A DNA stretch of 56,617 bases, counting the filler, from Basidioascus undulatus (Eukaryota), in the NCBI GenBank assembly GCA_000826855.1. It is 3 parts of 3 records of this genome, joined end to end, with 100 filler letters (N's around TTAATTAATTAA, not from the genome) between each part and the next. Parts side by side here need not be neighbours in the genome. Positions count along the whole stretch, not along the records: positions 1 to 18,824 come from JTLS01000447.1; positions 18,925 to 37,741 come from JTLS01000448.1; 1 more part is not named here. One strand, given 5' to 3'. Each line of letters opens with the position of its first letter. Within the stretch, counting starts at the first letter, position 1. The notes beneath the pieces are model-generated. The model was given only the letters and a program-made list of their open reading frames with translations, made no database searches and was not told the DNA's origin. Both the position numbers and the translations under genes were made by a program. Of this stretch, positions 12,290 to 24,620 are shown in pieces.

Positions 12290-15200
12290 TCAAACGACCT
12301 GCGAGTCTAATACTTCGCGATACACAGCTCTGAAAGCCCAGGCATGCCCCCTTCCCGCCTTTGCCCATTCGTCCAACTTGACTGACAATTCAAGACCACC
12401 GCTACTGCTTACCTCCCACTCGATTGCGCCGGGCTCAGCACCCAAAAGCTCGACCTGATCCCCCGGAAGAACGGGTACCTGGCGATTAAGCTCGACGCGG
12501 ACTCGGCCGCGCAGCTGTTGAATGTGATGCTTGGGCGGTTCGAGGAGGATGAAGCAGAAAGAGGTCGGCGTGCGCGTGAACCGCCACGGACCGTGCTCGG
12601 CGCCGAGGTAGAAGAAGGTCTTGTCAAAAATCCTGAGTGTCAACGCACGTTGGGGGTTTGAGTTAAGTGAGAGTACGCGGTTTACCGTGTTGTATATGCA
12701 GTTCCCGGCGTTCTCGAGCCATTTGCCCACCTCCAACAGCCGCTCCGTCATCAGAGGGATTATAGTTCCATCCGCAGTCGGCCCAACATTCAAAAGACTG
12801 CAGCGTTGCCGATTCAGAAACTGAATACCGCGATGCAAGCAAAACGAAAAAACCCACTAGTTGCCGTTCTTGGAGACGATGTCGACAAGGGAGTGGACGA
12901 TCTGTGTGGAGTTGCGGTATGCATAGTCAGGCGTCTCCTCTGCGGAGCAGGGAGCTTTTCGTCAGCAGGCGGAGCAGTCAGATCGGAAGGAAGTAGACCC
13001 GCTGTTGTAGCCGTAGCTTGGAGTAGTATCGATGCCCTACAAGGAGAAAGGTGGTCAGCTTCGGCAGAAGACAAAGTAGTCAGAATAGTGCCAAGAATCC
13101 GCAAACCTCGTTGGTTTCCCAACGCCGTTCCTGTGAGCTACTTTCAGGGTCCTGCGTACACAGATGGAAGCGCGAGCGTGACAGCGCACCTGAATCGACG
13201 CGAACGAGGCGTACTCAGGGGTGTCGAAGTCGGGTAGGGCGCCACATCCTAACAGCGATTTATTCATGGACAGCCAACAGCTGTCCATGAACGGTTGAGA
13301 ACGCACGGTTGTTCAGGGTAACCTGTCTCCCCTCCTTGTCCGCTTGAGCGAACCACTTCCTCGCAAACGTGCGGGTATCGTTAGCGCCGCCAATGTCACA
13401 CCACTACGCGGGAAAAATACGGGTCGGTTAAGGCAGCAGAGGGAGGAAACTGCGGCGCGCACCATGATCTCGGTGCCGAGGTCGGCGAGAATCTCCATCT
13501 GTCGGCGCTGGAGGTCGTGCACGTAAGAGCCGACAGGGATGTAGCCCGTGTACGGCTCGAGTTCGGACGAGTTGTAGGCGTTTCGGGGCAGCATGCCGGG
13601 GAAACGCTCCCATGCATGAGGCTCGTACCTGCAGCGGAATGTGTTAGAGCATGCCAGAGCAACTACTGGCAGCAGCGTCTTACGAAGGATTGAACCTGCC
13701 GAAACCGTCTGTTCAGATCCAGAGCTTAAAATACTCCGGGAGAGCTCTGCGCACCATTCCGGCATAGAAAAGTAGACTCCACGGTGCAGCCCGCCCCGGT
13801 CTTTTGCGGCCTCGAAGAGCTCGTTCACGAAGTCGCGCTGCGGTCCGAGCTTAACGGAGTTGCGGTTGGACGACTCGTGGGTGTCGAAGATTGCGAATCC
13901 GTCGTGATGTTTCTGCACGACAAAAGGATGCGTTCAGTGCAATGCTGAGCAGGGAGAAGCATTCGACGCACAGAGGTCAAGATGAAGTACTTCGCGCCCG
14001 CGCCGAGTATGAGGTCGACCCAAGCGCTGAAACGCGAAGTCGTGAGTGGCCGCGTTTAAGCAACGAAGCTCGGAGGAGACTGACCTGGCATTAAAGTTCA
14101 ACGCAGTAAACTGCGGGATGAAGTCGTTGTAGACAAACTTCGGTCCATATGTCGTGAGATGGTGTGCCTTGTGTGCCGGGTTCGTGTGCTGGTTCCACCT
14201 GCAATCGCGCAGGTGAGCTGTAAAGCATATGAGAGTCTAGAAGATGGTGAGAAAAATGCACCAGTACCACTCTGTGGTTGCCGATAGCGCCATCAGTCTA
14301 TTGCTCAACAGTAGGAGCAAGAAAACGCACCGCCGTAGACGCCAGGTATGGTCCAGGCGGGGACAGCGTACAGCTGTGGAGACCCGCATGAGCGAACTTG
14401 TTTCAGGCTCTTTCGCTTCACGCTTACACCCCAGGGGAAGCTGGTTGTGGGACGATGTCAGTGGTACGGAACGCAGTGTACATTCCCCAGAAGCGAAAGG
14501 CGCACAAGATTCCGAATTTGGCGCCATTCCACTGACGAGACAATGTGGATGAGACCCAGTTCAAGATCCAAGAAGTAGAAGGCGGAGACGCACCCATTCC
14601 GGTGTCTCGTGCTTATCCAGCTCCTTGTCTTTCTCCCAAGTCGGCAAGCCCAGCTCAACGACGAACGGGCTTTCCATCCCTCCGTGCCGATCCACGTTGA
14701 CATAAACCTTCTGAGACCCCATTTCCAACGGCTCCACCAGCACCCTCGCTCGCACTTCGTCCCCTGGCATAACCCGCCAAATTACGCCCTTCTCGAGCGT
14801 CTTCACGCCCTTCCCTACCACGCCCACCTCCCGCTTCCCGACCGCCCAGCGGTCGCGCGAAAGATTCGCCAACGTGACCTCGAGGACCTGCGCACGCTTG
14901 TCACCATATGGTGTCCAGTTGGAGGTAGCGCGGACGGAGCGGACGTGGAGAGGGGTGGTGTCGTGGTTGTGTGGCAGGGAGGGGACGAGTGTGAGCGCGA
15001 AGAGGTGAAGGCGGTTGAAGTTCGGGTTGGGCGGAAGGGTGATGGCCGTTAGTCGAGCGTGGGAGGGGAGGGATATCGAAGAGGGATATATTTGAGAGAT
15101 GTTGTAGTTTCGTTTCGAAGGGCCGGTAAAGTGGTACGGCCTGGCGGTTGGAAAGTGAGCGTGGGACCGAAATGGCAAGATCGGGAATGTGGGCGGACGT

Positions 15201-15966
15201 CTTGATAGCGCCGACATTAAGCCTGGGAAATAAAATAATGTTAAGGTCCCTTGCCTGCAACGTGGGAATATGAAGTAGGCTCACCAGTGTAAAGTCCACC
15301 AGTTCCGCACGAGCACTTCTCGCTGAACAGTGCTACCGTCGTTGAAATGCAACTTTAACACCGCTCCGGTCTCCCCTGTCACGCCCGGTCATTCCTTGTA
15401 AGAATCCACCGAAATATAAGGTTCCGTTCCGGTTATACCATCGAAGAAGTCTCCAGCAGTGAGCATGTGCATCGCGTGCGCATGCACAGGTGGGTCGATG
15501 CGGATCCTTTGTCCATCGGTTACGACGTGATCTGCCTCGGGGTTGTCCCAGTCTGGAAGAGAGAACTAAACGCTGGTGTTAATCAATGATAGACGGTAGC
15601 ATATCTGAGAGAAGACGCACATTCACTCCGCCATGCTCGATCCAACCCCGCGGCAGCTCGTCCGCTGGAAAGCTTCGACGAGCATAATCAAAGTCGACCT
15701 CGCCGTTCTTGCTGGCTGCTTTACTGAAAAGTTTAAAGTGTTTCGGGGCTTCAAAGGCCCGAGACGTTACACTAGACGTGTCCTTCTACTCACTGGTTGT
15801 ACCACCTCTCAAGCGGGATTGGAATCGACTCGAACGCCGTCCCTCGCCCGGGCAGCGGAAGCGGATGCTGCGGTCCTTTGTGGCGGCGAGGCTGCTTCTC
15901 CGTCGGGACCTGAGATTGTAGAGAAAGCGCCGGTAAAAGCGCGATTATAAGTTGTGGGATTCGCAT
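12290..15966 (-). CDS. secreted alpha-L-fucosidase, glycoside hydrolase family 29 (multi-exon)
   Basis: Signal peptide [16 protein letters not shown]. Spliced motifs [52 protein letters not shown] (nucleophile Asp), [13 protein letters not shown] and [10 protein letters not shown]. The exons I traced join in frame via GT-AG introns. Confidence 0.93.
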
Positions 15967-16286
15967 GTTCAGCGCGTGGGAGGAGCACGATCAAGGGGAA
16001 GGGGCAAGATTAGCGAAGGGGCCTTATCCGCTTGTTATCGGGCCGAGGTTACCGAGCCACACAATCAGGGGATGATCCGTGATGGGTACACAAGTGGAAG
16101 ACTGTGCAGATACTTCAGGAGCTGTGAGAAATTGAGAGTAGAACCAGTCTATCCAAAACCATAATGGCTGTGACAGCAGACGAGGTTGAGCCAAGATGCA
16201 GACTTGGGCGATGTCCGTCTCATCGAGAGGTCTGAATGCGAGATTCCCCATGGCATTTAGATGTCTATTCCCCCGCGAACCCTTCT

Positions 16287-16953
16287 TCAGTACTCCCCCA
16301 AGTCCTGCTCATCCCCGTTCTCCTCCAATGCCCTCACCGCCCAGAACGCGCCCTGGTACTCCTGCCCCTTTCCGAAGCCCTTCTTCCAAAGGAGGTGCCC
16401 ATACTCCGCCTTCAACCGAAAGAACCCCTCAAACAGCGTCCGCCCATCCTCTCCCTTCCCAGACCTTCCGCAATTTCAACATCCTGCTTCCCTCGATCTC
16501 GAAGCACGTCTCGTCCTCCACCTCCAGGCGTCCCTCCCACCCCTCACACACGCATCTCCCTCCCCACGGACAGAGACACTCGCGGAAGGCGAGCCGCGAA
16601 TGCTCACGGGCAGAGGCTCCGATTCCATGGGCTCGCCAATTGTGTCGATGAGGAGCGCGCCCGAGGAGAGAGACGAGGATGGGAGGTGGAAACGGCCGGA
16701 GTTGTCCCGCTTAGCCTGGAACTGGAGGATCTTGGCGTGCACAGCGGCGTGGTCGACGGTAGAGCTCGGCGACGGAAGGTACTCTTTGATGAGGAAGGAA
16801 AGATCGCCCGAGTACATGTCGAAGCTCCCGGACCTATGGGGAAGTAGCGGGCGTGCTCAGCGTCGGGATGGCATGCAGGCAAAATAATTCGAGGACCGAT
16901 GCTTGTCAGTTGCTTTCCGGCAAGCTGAGCGGAAAGGAAGTGGATCCGGACAT
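16287..16953 (-). pseudogene. hypothetical protein with an apparent +1 frameshift near 16452
   Basis: Coding-like exons SGSFDMYSGDLSFLIKEYL... and CFEIEGSRMLKLRKVWEG, which continue only after a frame shift as EDGRTLFEGFFRLKAEYGHLLWKKGFGKGQEYQGAFWAVRALE; 5' splice structure unresolved. Confidence 0.5.
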
Positions 16954-18824
16954 GGTGACGGTAGATCCTGTTCTGGTCATCAACGGAAAAGCAAGGTAAA
17001 GATACTGCGCTGGCAGTTAGCCCGGGAAGGACTGATCAAGCTTACATCGAATATATAGACACGAAGACGCGTTGCGACGCGTGTGCAAGGTGTGAACGGG
17101 TCTTACGTCCTCATCGCTTTCATACTAGTTACGGCGGAAGATCACGGCGAATTTTCAACAACAAAATCGTGTAGTTTCAGATTGGGAACCCAGGGATCGG
17201 CTGGAACCAGGTCAAGCAGGTACCAAGTGCTGCGAACGGCAGGCAGCCAACTTCGACATGCTAACGTCATCAGCGCTTTCTCCTGAACTACCCTTTCGCA
17301 AGCAAGAGTTGCTCCTGATAAGGCACTGAATCACGCTGATCCAGTGAGCAGCTTGGGTCCCTTTGTCTTGCGCCCCGTGACGGCGATATCTGAGCATGCA
17401 TCCAGAGCGCCTCTCGACACTACGGCAACAGCTTCAAAATCTTTCACTTGCGGGCTCGGCCAAATGCACCATGTTTTCTGGAACACATTCCTACGTAGGG
17501 GCTTTGCGGTTCGGAAGCCTATTCCTGCTGCACGCCGAGAGCTCGAGCCTGAGCCTGAGCAACAAGGCTCATAGTTCCCTTCTTGCTCCGCCCAGCGAGA
17601 CCAACAATATCGGGCTAGAAACTCCGGAGAAAACGGTTGGCTAATTTAGGACCTTACAGGGTACGAAGGTTCTTGTCCCTGGGAAGTAGGAACAGGATGC
17701 GGAATGGCCCTATCAAGGGTGCCCAGGGTTCTGCGATAAATTGTATGCCCTGCCGTCCCATTCCTAACGCCCTCCCCATAGCCCATCTCCATCTCTAGCA
17801 CCCGAAGCCCACCGGCCCGACCCCTTCTAACCCCTCCCCCGACCGCGCATAATAAGCAATCCTCAAATCTCCTCGTGTCCAGTCGCCACTGTCAAGCCAA
17901 GCGACCGCCTTGTCAGAACAGCTGACATCCCCTCGCCCCTCAATCCTTACGCTATATAGGGAGAACAGGACCTCTTGTCCGGTGCTGCCTTGTGTCTCCG
18001 GTTTCTCCGCGGTCTAAGTCTGGATGGGTGCGGGGAGGTGTCAGGGAGGTGTCAGTTAAAGCAGTTAAAGGTCTTGGTGGCGGCGGCGACCCCATGATGT
18101 CCTCCGCGTCGCATTTCCACAGAAGGGGCGACGACTCTTTGACGTCCACCCCTTTGCCGGAAGTGGTACATCAGCTTTCGAGGTCGGCGATGGAGACGCT
18201 AACCCCGTGGATTATGCGCGCTTGGAGGCACCTGGAGACCTGAAGAGGAAAGAGTGGACTTGGGGTGTAAGAGAGATTGCAGGGGATGATAGGGCAGCGT
18301 GCCGCGTGGCGAAGTGCGAGAATGATGTGGATGTCGCTGGAGGGGGTGTGGACGGACTGACTGAGGACCAACTGACGTTGCCTGGATAAATGGTGCCTTT
18401 GGGAAATTCTGGGGAGAAGGGAGGAGAGGAAGACGAGACGAGTGAGGCGTGCACCGCAGCCGGAAGCGGTTGTCTCGGACTGAAAGCTGAAGCACGAAAA
18501 ACGCGCCAACTCGTCTTCTGGCTCTCTCGACGCCGCACTACATATGTTCATAGAAGAGTACGAGTTCCAGCGGAGGGACTGGTTGACTTGGGCCACGAGC
18601 TACTGCGTGCAGCCGGACAGCGGGCTGCACTGCAGCTCATAAACCGAGGCATGAGATATGAACAAGCTGCTCGATGACGCGTTCATGATGCTCATTCCCT
18701 TGCGCTTCAAAGAAGTACCTAAACTGGAGTTGGACAGTGGGGAAGGCCAGACAGAAAAATGGGGGAAATCCAATTTGAAGAAAGACGGTGGGATCGCCGT
18801 CGCACTTGTTCAAGCCGCCCGGTG

Positions 18825-18924
18825 NNNNNNNNNNNNNNNNNNNNNNNNNNNNNNNNNNNNNNNNNNNNTTAATTAATTAANNNNNNNNNNNNNNNNNNNN
18901 NNNNNNNNNNNNNNNNNNNNNNNN
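18825..18924. other. artificial assembly spacer N44-TTAATTAATTAA-N44
   Basis: 100-bp linker with a six-frame stop cassette, identical to the one at 37742-37841. Confidence 0.97.
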
Positions 18925-18988
18925 TCGAAAGACGGCGTGTTCAAAGTCGCTCGTTACATCGGCAATACGGACGCCTTCGCCAAGATAC

Positions 18989-19423
18989 TCCTCCCCCGAC
19001 TACTACACGAATCTCCAATCGATCCAAAACCTAATGGGGACGATCGTGGCAGCACACGACGCGCTCCTCCCCCTCGTGCCCTACCTCTCGTGGGCCGACC
19101 CCAGCACCACTACCCCAATCCTCCAGCTCACGCTCGTCCTCACCGCGCTTACGGCGCTCGCGCTCCCGCTCGTGCCGATGAGGGGGACGATGCTCGTTGC
19201 GGGATGGGCGGTGCTGGTGGGCGGGCATCCCTGGGTGGCGGGCGTGCTGGCACGCGTGCTTGGGAGGGTGGCGAGGGAGGCGGAGGTCAGGGGCTGGGTC
19301 GGGGAGGTGCGGAGGTGGGTCGAGGAGGATCGGGTGCGGGTGCGGGTGGATGAGAGGAAGGGAGAGGAGAAGGGGAAGGGGAAGGAGAAGGCGGAGGGGA
19401 AGGCGGAGGCGGGCGAGGTATGA
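18989..19423 (+). CDS. Pex24p-family peroxisomal membrane protein (Pex28/29-like), fragment
   Basis: SPDYYTNLQSIQNLMGTIVAAHDALLPLVPYLSWADP, then hydrophobic helices, GGHPW and RRWVEEDR. The N-terminus and a convincing dysferlin domain are not seen. Confidence 0.65.
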   Translation, partial: SSPDYYTNLQSIQNLMGTIVAAHDALLPLVPYLSWADPSTTTPILQLTLVLTALTALALPLVPMRGTMLVAGWAVLVGGHPWVAGVLARVLGRVAREAEVRGWVGEVRRWVEEDRVRVRVDERKGEEKGKGKEKAEGKAEAGEV

Positions 19424-20130
19424 ACTGGGTTATTGAGGAACAGGCTGGCAAGGGTGCGGGCGACGCTCACGCTCACATCCCACTCGATCAATCGATCTTC
19501 TGGTGCTCTGGCATGTGCATCCATCCTTCTCGATACGCACCGTATCATATCATACCGCGTCATCTCGCGCCCGTGGTCTACGCTCCCGCACGCGCGCGCC
19601 TTTTTGAGCATCCCCGTATCGATTCCTTCCACGCTCCAGACGCTCGCACCGCTTCGCTGACCTCTCATCCCCCTCCAACTCGTCCGGGCACCTCGAGTGC
19701 GTTCGGGTCTGGCATTTTGGGGCTGGTGCGAGTGAGGACCGAGAACGAAGAGGGGGTGGGAAGGGGCGCGGGGCGGTGGCTCCCCCACACGCCACTCTCC
19801 CGCATCAAGGGTGCAGCAAGGTAATACTCTGTCCATTCCACTTTCGTCTTGAACTCGATCACTCAATCGTTTCGACAAGGACCCCTGCGTATCATGCTGC
19901 TTCCTTCCACTCGTACTGTCCTTCAAATGCCGCCTCACCATTTTCGTTCCTGATTCAGATCGACTTCTGATTCATTTTGTCGCCCTTCCGATCAGTACAG
20001 CAGCCCCACACCTCGTCCGAGAAACATGCAGCATGAAACATGTGCGATCACGTTTCGTTCTCGTCAAGACTCGGTACAGGCTAAGCAGTGCACGTTGGGG
20101 TGGAAGAACAGTACGAAACCGCCGTCACGC

Positions 20131-20858
20131 TCACTGCTGGCGGCTGCCGCCCTGGTTGAGGTCGAGGCGCTTGCGGTCGCTGTCGGACTGCACGCGGCGG
20201 AAGACGACCTTGTCGCCCTGCTGCTCCCAGTTCGCGTAGCCCGTGAGCTGGTCGTCGCGGCCCCTGCAGCGCTCCACCATAGAACTCAGTACTTCGTGCT
20301 CATCATCAGGTGAAGGGGAGAGGAAGGACGCACTGAAGGTTGCGGGCGTCGGAGAGGGTGCCTGTTGAGCGGGAGGTGGGGTCAGTGTCTAGGACAGGCG
20401 GCGGGGAGGGAAGACGCAGGGGAAAGGGGGAAAGACGCAGGGGAAAGGGGGAAAGACGCAGGGACGGAGGGGAATTTTGATGGGGAAACGTACCCCGCTC
20501 AAAAACGCGCGCCTCGTACTTCTGCTGCCCGCGCTGGCGGTCCTTGATCTGGCAGTGGCCCTTGGCTTTGTCGTTCTCCGTGCGGAGCTGGTCCTTCACG
20601 TTGTCGTGAATGACAACGACGTTGTGGCGCTCGAACTCGTCGCTGTTCCCACGCCGAACCCCACGTCAGCATCCACGAAGCCGGCGAAGAAGAAAGAGGG
20701 GAGGGAGGGGGAAGGGGGACGAACCGGATCTTGTCGCACATCTCGCGGATGAGCTGCGCGGCGTCGCCCTCCTTGCCGTCATACTCGTCCAGGATCTTCT
20801 TGAGCTTCTTCTCGTCGTCGCTACGGTTACCGCCCTGCTGCTGCATGCTGGAAGACAT
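20131..20858 (-). CDS. 147-aa hydrophilic protein of unknown function (copy A, intact)
   Basis: Four exons (20858-20725, 20642-20494, 20361-20334, 20263-20131) with canonical GT-AG introns total 444 nt in frame; a TATA-like TATATAAA lies near 20960; clear paralog at 35935-36611. Confidence 0.85.
20402..20464. repeat. about 3 copies of a 21-bp tandem unit (GGGGAAAGACGCAGGGGAAAG) within intron 2 of copy A
   Basis: Directly visible tandem units. Confidence 0.8.
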
Positions 20859-22449
20859 TGTGTGTGTGTGGTACGAGAGTGTGTAGGTGTGGTTGTGTGT
20901 GTGTGGGTGGGGGGGGCCTGGTGCGCTGGAAGGTTGGGGGAGTGAGTGCAGAGACCGCTTTATATGGACTGAGAAGGAGGGGGTTAGCACTCTCGGGCTG
21001 CTTCCGAGTGCGGGTCAGGGGCGGAAGGCGGCTGGCGGCTGGCGAGCACAGTGTGTAAGGCGGGAGCTGGAAGCCAGACTGCGGGCGGGTCGGGTCGCAG
21101 AGCGTCTTCCGCTTCCGGTTGGCCCGATGATGTAGCGTGCGGGACTGGAAAGATCTGGGATCGAACTTTGGAGACCTACTTGGCAAGTTCACTGTTGCAA
21201 GAGACAGTCAGCAGGCTTTCCCGTGCGCTGAGACGACGACGCAGTGTCTAGCTGAGCGGGGCGTCTGACAGTCTGCAGCCCTCTGTGTGGATGATTCTGA
21301 ACCAAGGCTGATCCATAGCACTGTAAAGATCCGAGTGTTGGGCTGCGACAACTCGTGTGGGCTCGGTCGTGCGATGACTGCACATTACTGAATAAAACTT
21401 TTCACGAGGATGGATATGATTCCGTACCATCCTGATGAGCTTCGAGACGTCCGAGCAAGGCTACGTGCGTGTGCAGCCGCTCATTATCAGAGTACACAAG
21501 CACATACAAAGGCATCTTCTGCAGGAGAGGCCCTGTCGGGATTCAGACTTCATGCTTTTGTCTGTATGTTGGATTTCAGATTGACCGAACTAGCTCTATA
21601 CTTGAACGCATAGCGAAAACGTGCAGTGACAGTGCTGCCTAGGGTCGTTTCGACCTGCGTTCGACTACCATGTCGACGCTTTCGGAACAGGCCCTCATCC
21701 TCGGTTTTAACTTGAATATTCTTTGAATTTACTGCTCTAATGCAGATGGTCTTCCACCCTCCGAAAAACCTTACGGGCTTATACAGGTTCGAAAAAGTTT
21801 TAGAGGCCAAAAGAAGCGAGAGATACCGGGCCCCTGGAGAACATGTCGGCCAGACAAAGGGTTCACCGTTCAAGACCCATCGAGTGTAGGCCAACGTCCT
21901 GCGGTACCATGGAGAAACCGAAAGCACTTTCGATAGTCTCAGTCCCGTAAATGACGTGCCCTTTCGAACAAGAAGGTAATACAGTACATCAGCTCGAGTT
22001 TCAACCAGCGGCAACCCTCGACTGAGTTGCCGTTCTCCTCCGTGCGGTCAAAGAGGGCGCAGAGGAAGCTCTCGTCCTGGTCGAGCGGACCCATGAACTG
22101 GGCCGCGTCAGGCTGGCGGCGCAGGAGGTTGATGAGGGCAGCGAGCTCCGCTGTCTTCTCCATCGCCTGGCGAAGAAGCGCAAGACTCAAGCCCGGTGAG
22201 ATGGAATATAAAAGATAATCCTCTTCTCAAAACACTCACGAGAAGGGCGATGGGGTTGTCTAAGTCGAGGCCTTTGTTCCAGCACCAGGTCTAGCGGGCC
22301 CCCGATCGTGAGTACCCATTACTGCGCACCCGAGTTGAGCAAGGTAACGCTCACTGGGCAGCACGACGGATCTGGGTGACCTCTCTTTCCGGGATTTACC
22401 TCAGTGTTCCAAGACATGATCTGTGGGAGGGGGCGGTACTCAGCCTGAG

Positions 22450-24620
22450 CAGCGAAGAGCGCAGGGGTGCACGACAAGACGACTTACAGGTCGCGGAGAC
22501 GGAGGAGGGACTTGAATACGGATAGAATGTAGAGCTAGTATCTCCAGGAGGTCCTGAAAGTGCTGGGCGTGAGAGGCTGGATGGTGGCGGTTGGAAAGGC
22601 AGGAACGCCGGTGACCGCGTCGCTTTCGACGATCCCGTGCCTTCAAAGCCGTGTACGGCTTTTGTCTGGCCGGAATGCAGTTGGACCACACGGACACACT
22701 CGGCTTGTATCCACGATAAAATCTGGTCGCAATGATTTCTGGAGTGCGGCCAAGTAAAAGTAGAATCACTAACCCGGCATTGAACAACCTGACAAGCAAG
22801 GCCTTCGACTTAAGCCAGGGCATACTTTCCTAGGGAACTCACTTTTCACCTGTAAATCTCGGATGTGGGCAGCTCTTGGTGATATGATCGCAAGAGTGCA
22901 GCTGAGTTGGCCCGCAAGCTCAAGACAGGCAGGATGCTCGACAATCGACGACACGGTACGCCCCGATAGGTACGCCCCGATAGATACAAATCTGTGGAAG
23001 CGACAGGAGAGATTCTTCTCTGCACCTCACGGATCTGGCTCACAGGCCCGACTCGTTACTACCTCGGGATCGTCCCCGCAAACATCCACTTCAAAGGCCT
23101 TAGCCTGCGCATGCAGCGAGCGCTTGCGAAGTGTTGGCAGACGGGTGCAACCCCAAATGCAGCAAGGAGCTGGCTGGCTCCTTCCCCAGGGAGACGCCTT
23201 CCGCTCAAATCGCATGGAGGAAAGACAGAAAACCCGGTCCTCCCAACCCGAGGGGAGCCGCGGGGAGGGAGGACGGGGGATAGGGATTGATAGGGGAAGA
23301 GTTTTTCGGACATAATGGATGCATCTCTTTTTTGTGTATTTCGAATCTGTGACGGCGTATCGAACGCCTGCGTAACTGCTCATCTCCTCAACGTCCATCG
23401 AAACTCACATCGCGTCGGGTGTCCCTGCGCCCTGTCTCACCCCATAGAACTGAGCTCCTTCAGCGTTCATTCAGGGTCATGAAGTGAGTCTTCTGACACA
23501 CCAACCGCGTTGTGGGACCGGTACCGCGCTGCTGTGCCGTATCGGTTCTGCATCGCGGTCGCCATATTCGGCTGTGGAGGGCACGATTGCAAGTGCAGAC
23601 GATAGGACGGGCGACCGACATTTTTAACAATCATAGTCCCTAGTAGTCTAAAACTATGCTGTTTAGAACCCATCTATTTCCTAGATCCTGTCGCGTCTCT
23701 CGCTTTGCGTTAATGACTGCTGCTGTCGAAGTCGTGTTGTGCTCCTTCTAGTATCGTCTCCTTCCCAAGGCTCCGACTTTCCCGGATGTTCGCCTAATAT
23801 TCAACTCCCCTCGTTTCGAGAAGACTACTTTTATTTCAGCCGACTGGACTTTCAGTGCAAGCAGGGATGAGTGTCAGTACAGCCAAGGCAACCCGCGATG
23901 CACGACAGTGCACGAAAGCCCAGCAACTGATGGACAGGCCTTGAACAGATGTCAGCATAGGAACTGTGGATGAGAAATTGAGTGCTCTTGTTCATTTTAT
24001 GGGGGAAGGACGCATACAACGACACTGCGCGTAGCGAATCGCATGGGCGTGCGGTCGATTCCTGATAAGGGGTTTCCGTCCTGCCCGTCTTAATGGATAA
24101 AGGCCTGCCATATTCACCCATGCTTAGGTCGTTTGAGACAGACAAATAAGACCGACAGCGTTAGGTTTCCGCCCCTCCCAACGCGGACAGAACTAGTTCC
24201 CCTAAGTAGAGATGAGAACTTGTGGCCAAAGTAGGCGAAAGGGACTTCATCTTAGAAAGCGATCATGGCTCGTCTTCAAAAATAGTCGGTACAAGTACAT
24301 TCTCTCGGCGTGCGTCGTTTTTCTCGTACCAGCCCGGATGAGGCCCGGCGATCTCTTCCCTTTTCACTCTCCACCGTTGTACGCGAGGACGTTGGGCTCT
24401 TGGCGCCGCCGATCTTGTCTTGGTGGCCAACTTGACGAGGTGGTTGCGAACAGTCTTGGGCGATGTCTTCTGGAGCCTGCTTGAGCAGCCGCAGAGCGTC
24501 AGCCGCTTGAGAAGAGCTGGAGTAAGTGAGCAACGGCGCACGACTCCTTCGAGATGAGCGCGGCGATTAGGCCCGAGATGTGCTTTGCGCCGCAAAAAAA
24601 CAGGGTTAGAACTCAATGCA
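22450..24620 (-). mobile_element. degenerate KDZ-type transposon fragment (CxC6-like cysteine cluster); boundaries approximate
   Basis: VRYAVTD...QPAPCCIWGCTRLP...VCG...RACEPDP...LSCRFH resembles the CxC6 pattern VTDG...PCC...C; many stops and frameshifts. Confidence 0.35.

Noticed and set aside
18869..18880. Palindromic TTAATTAATTAA as a biological site or piggyBac-type target
   Set aside because: Centred in symmetric N44 runs and repeated identically at 37786-37797; it is a synthetic linker.
21939..22380. SMC5/6-like fragment (VSVTLLNSG, LDNPIALL)
   Set aside because: Two short motifs in inconsistent frames with no Walker motifs; too weak to call.
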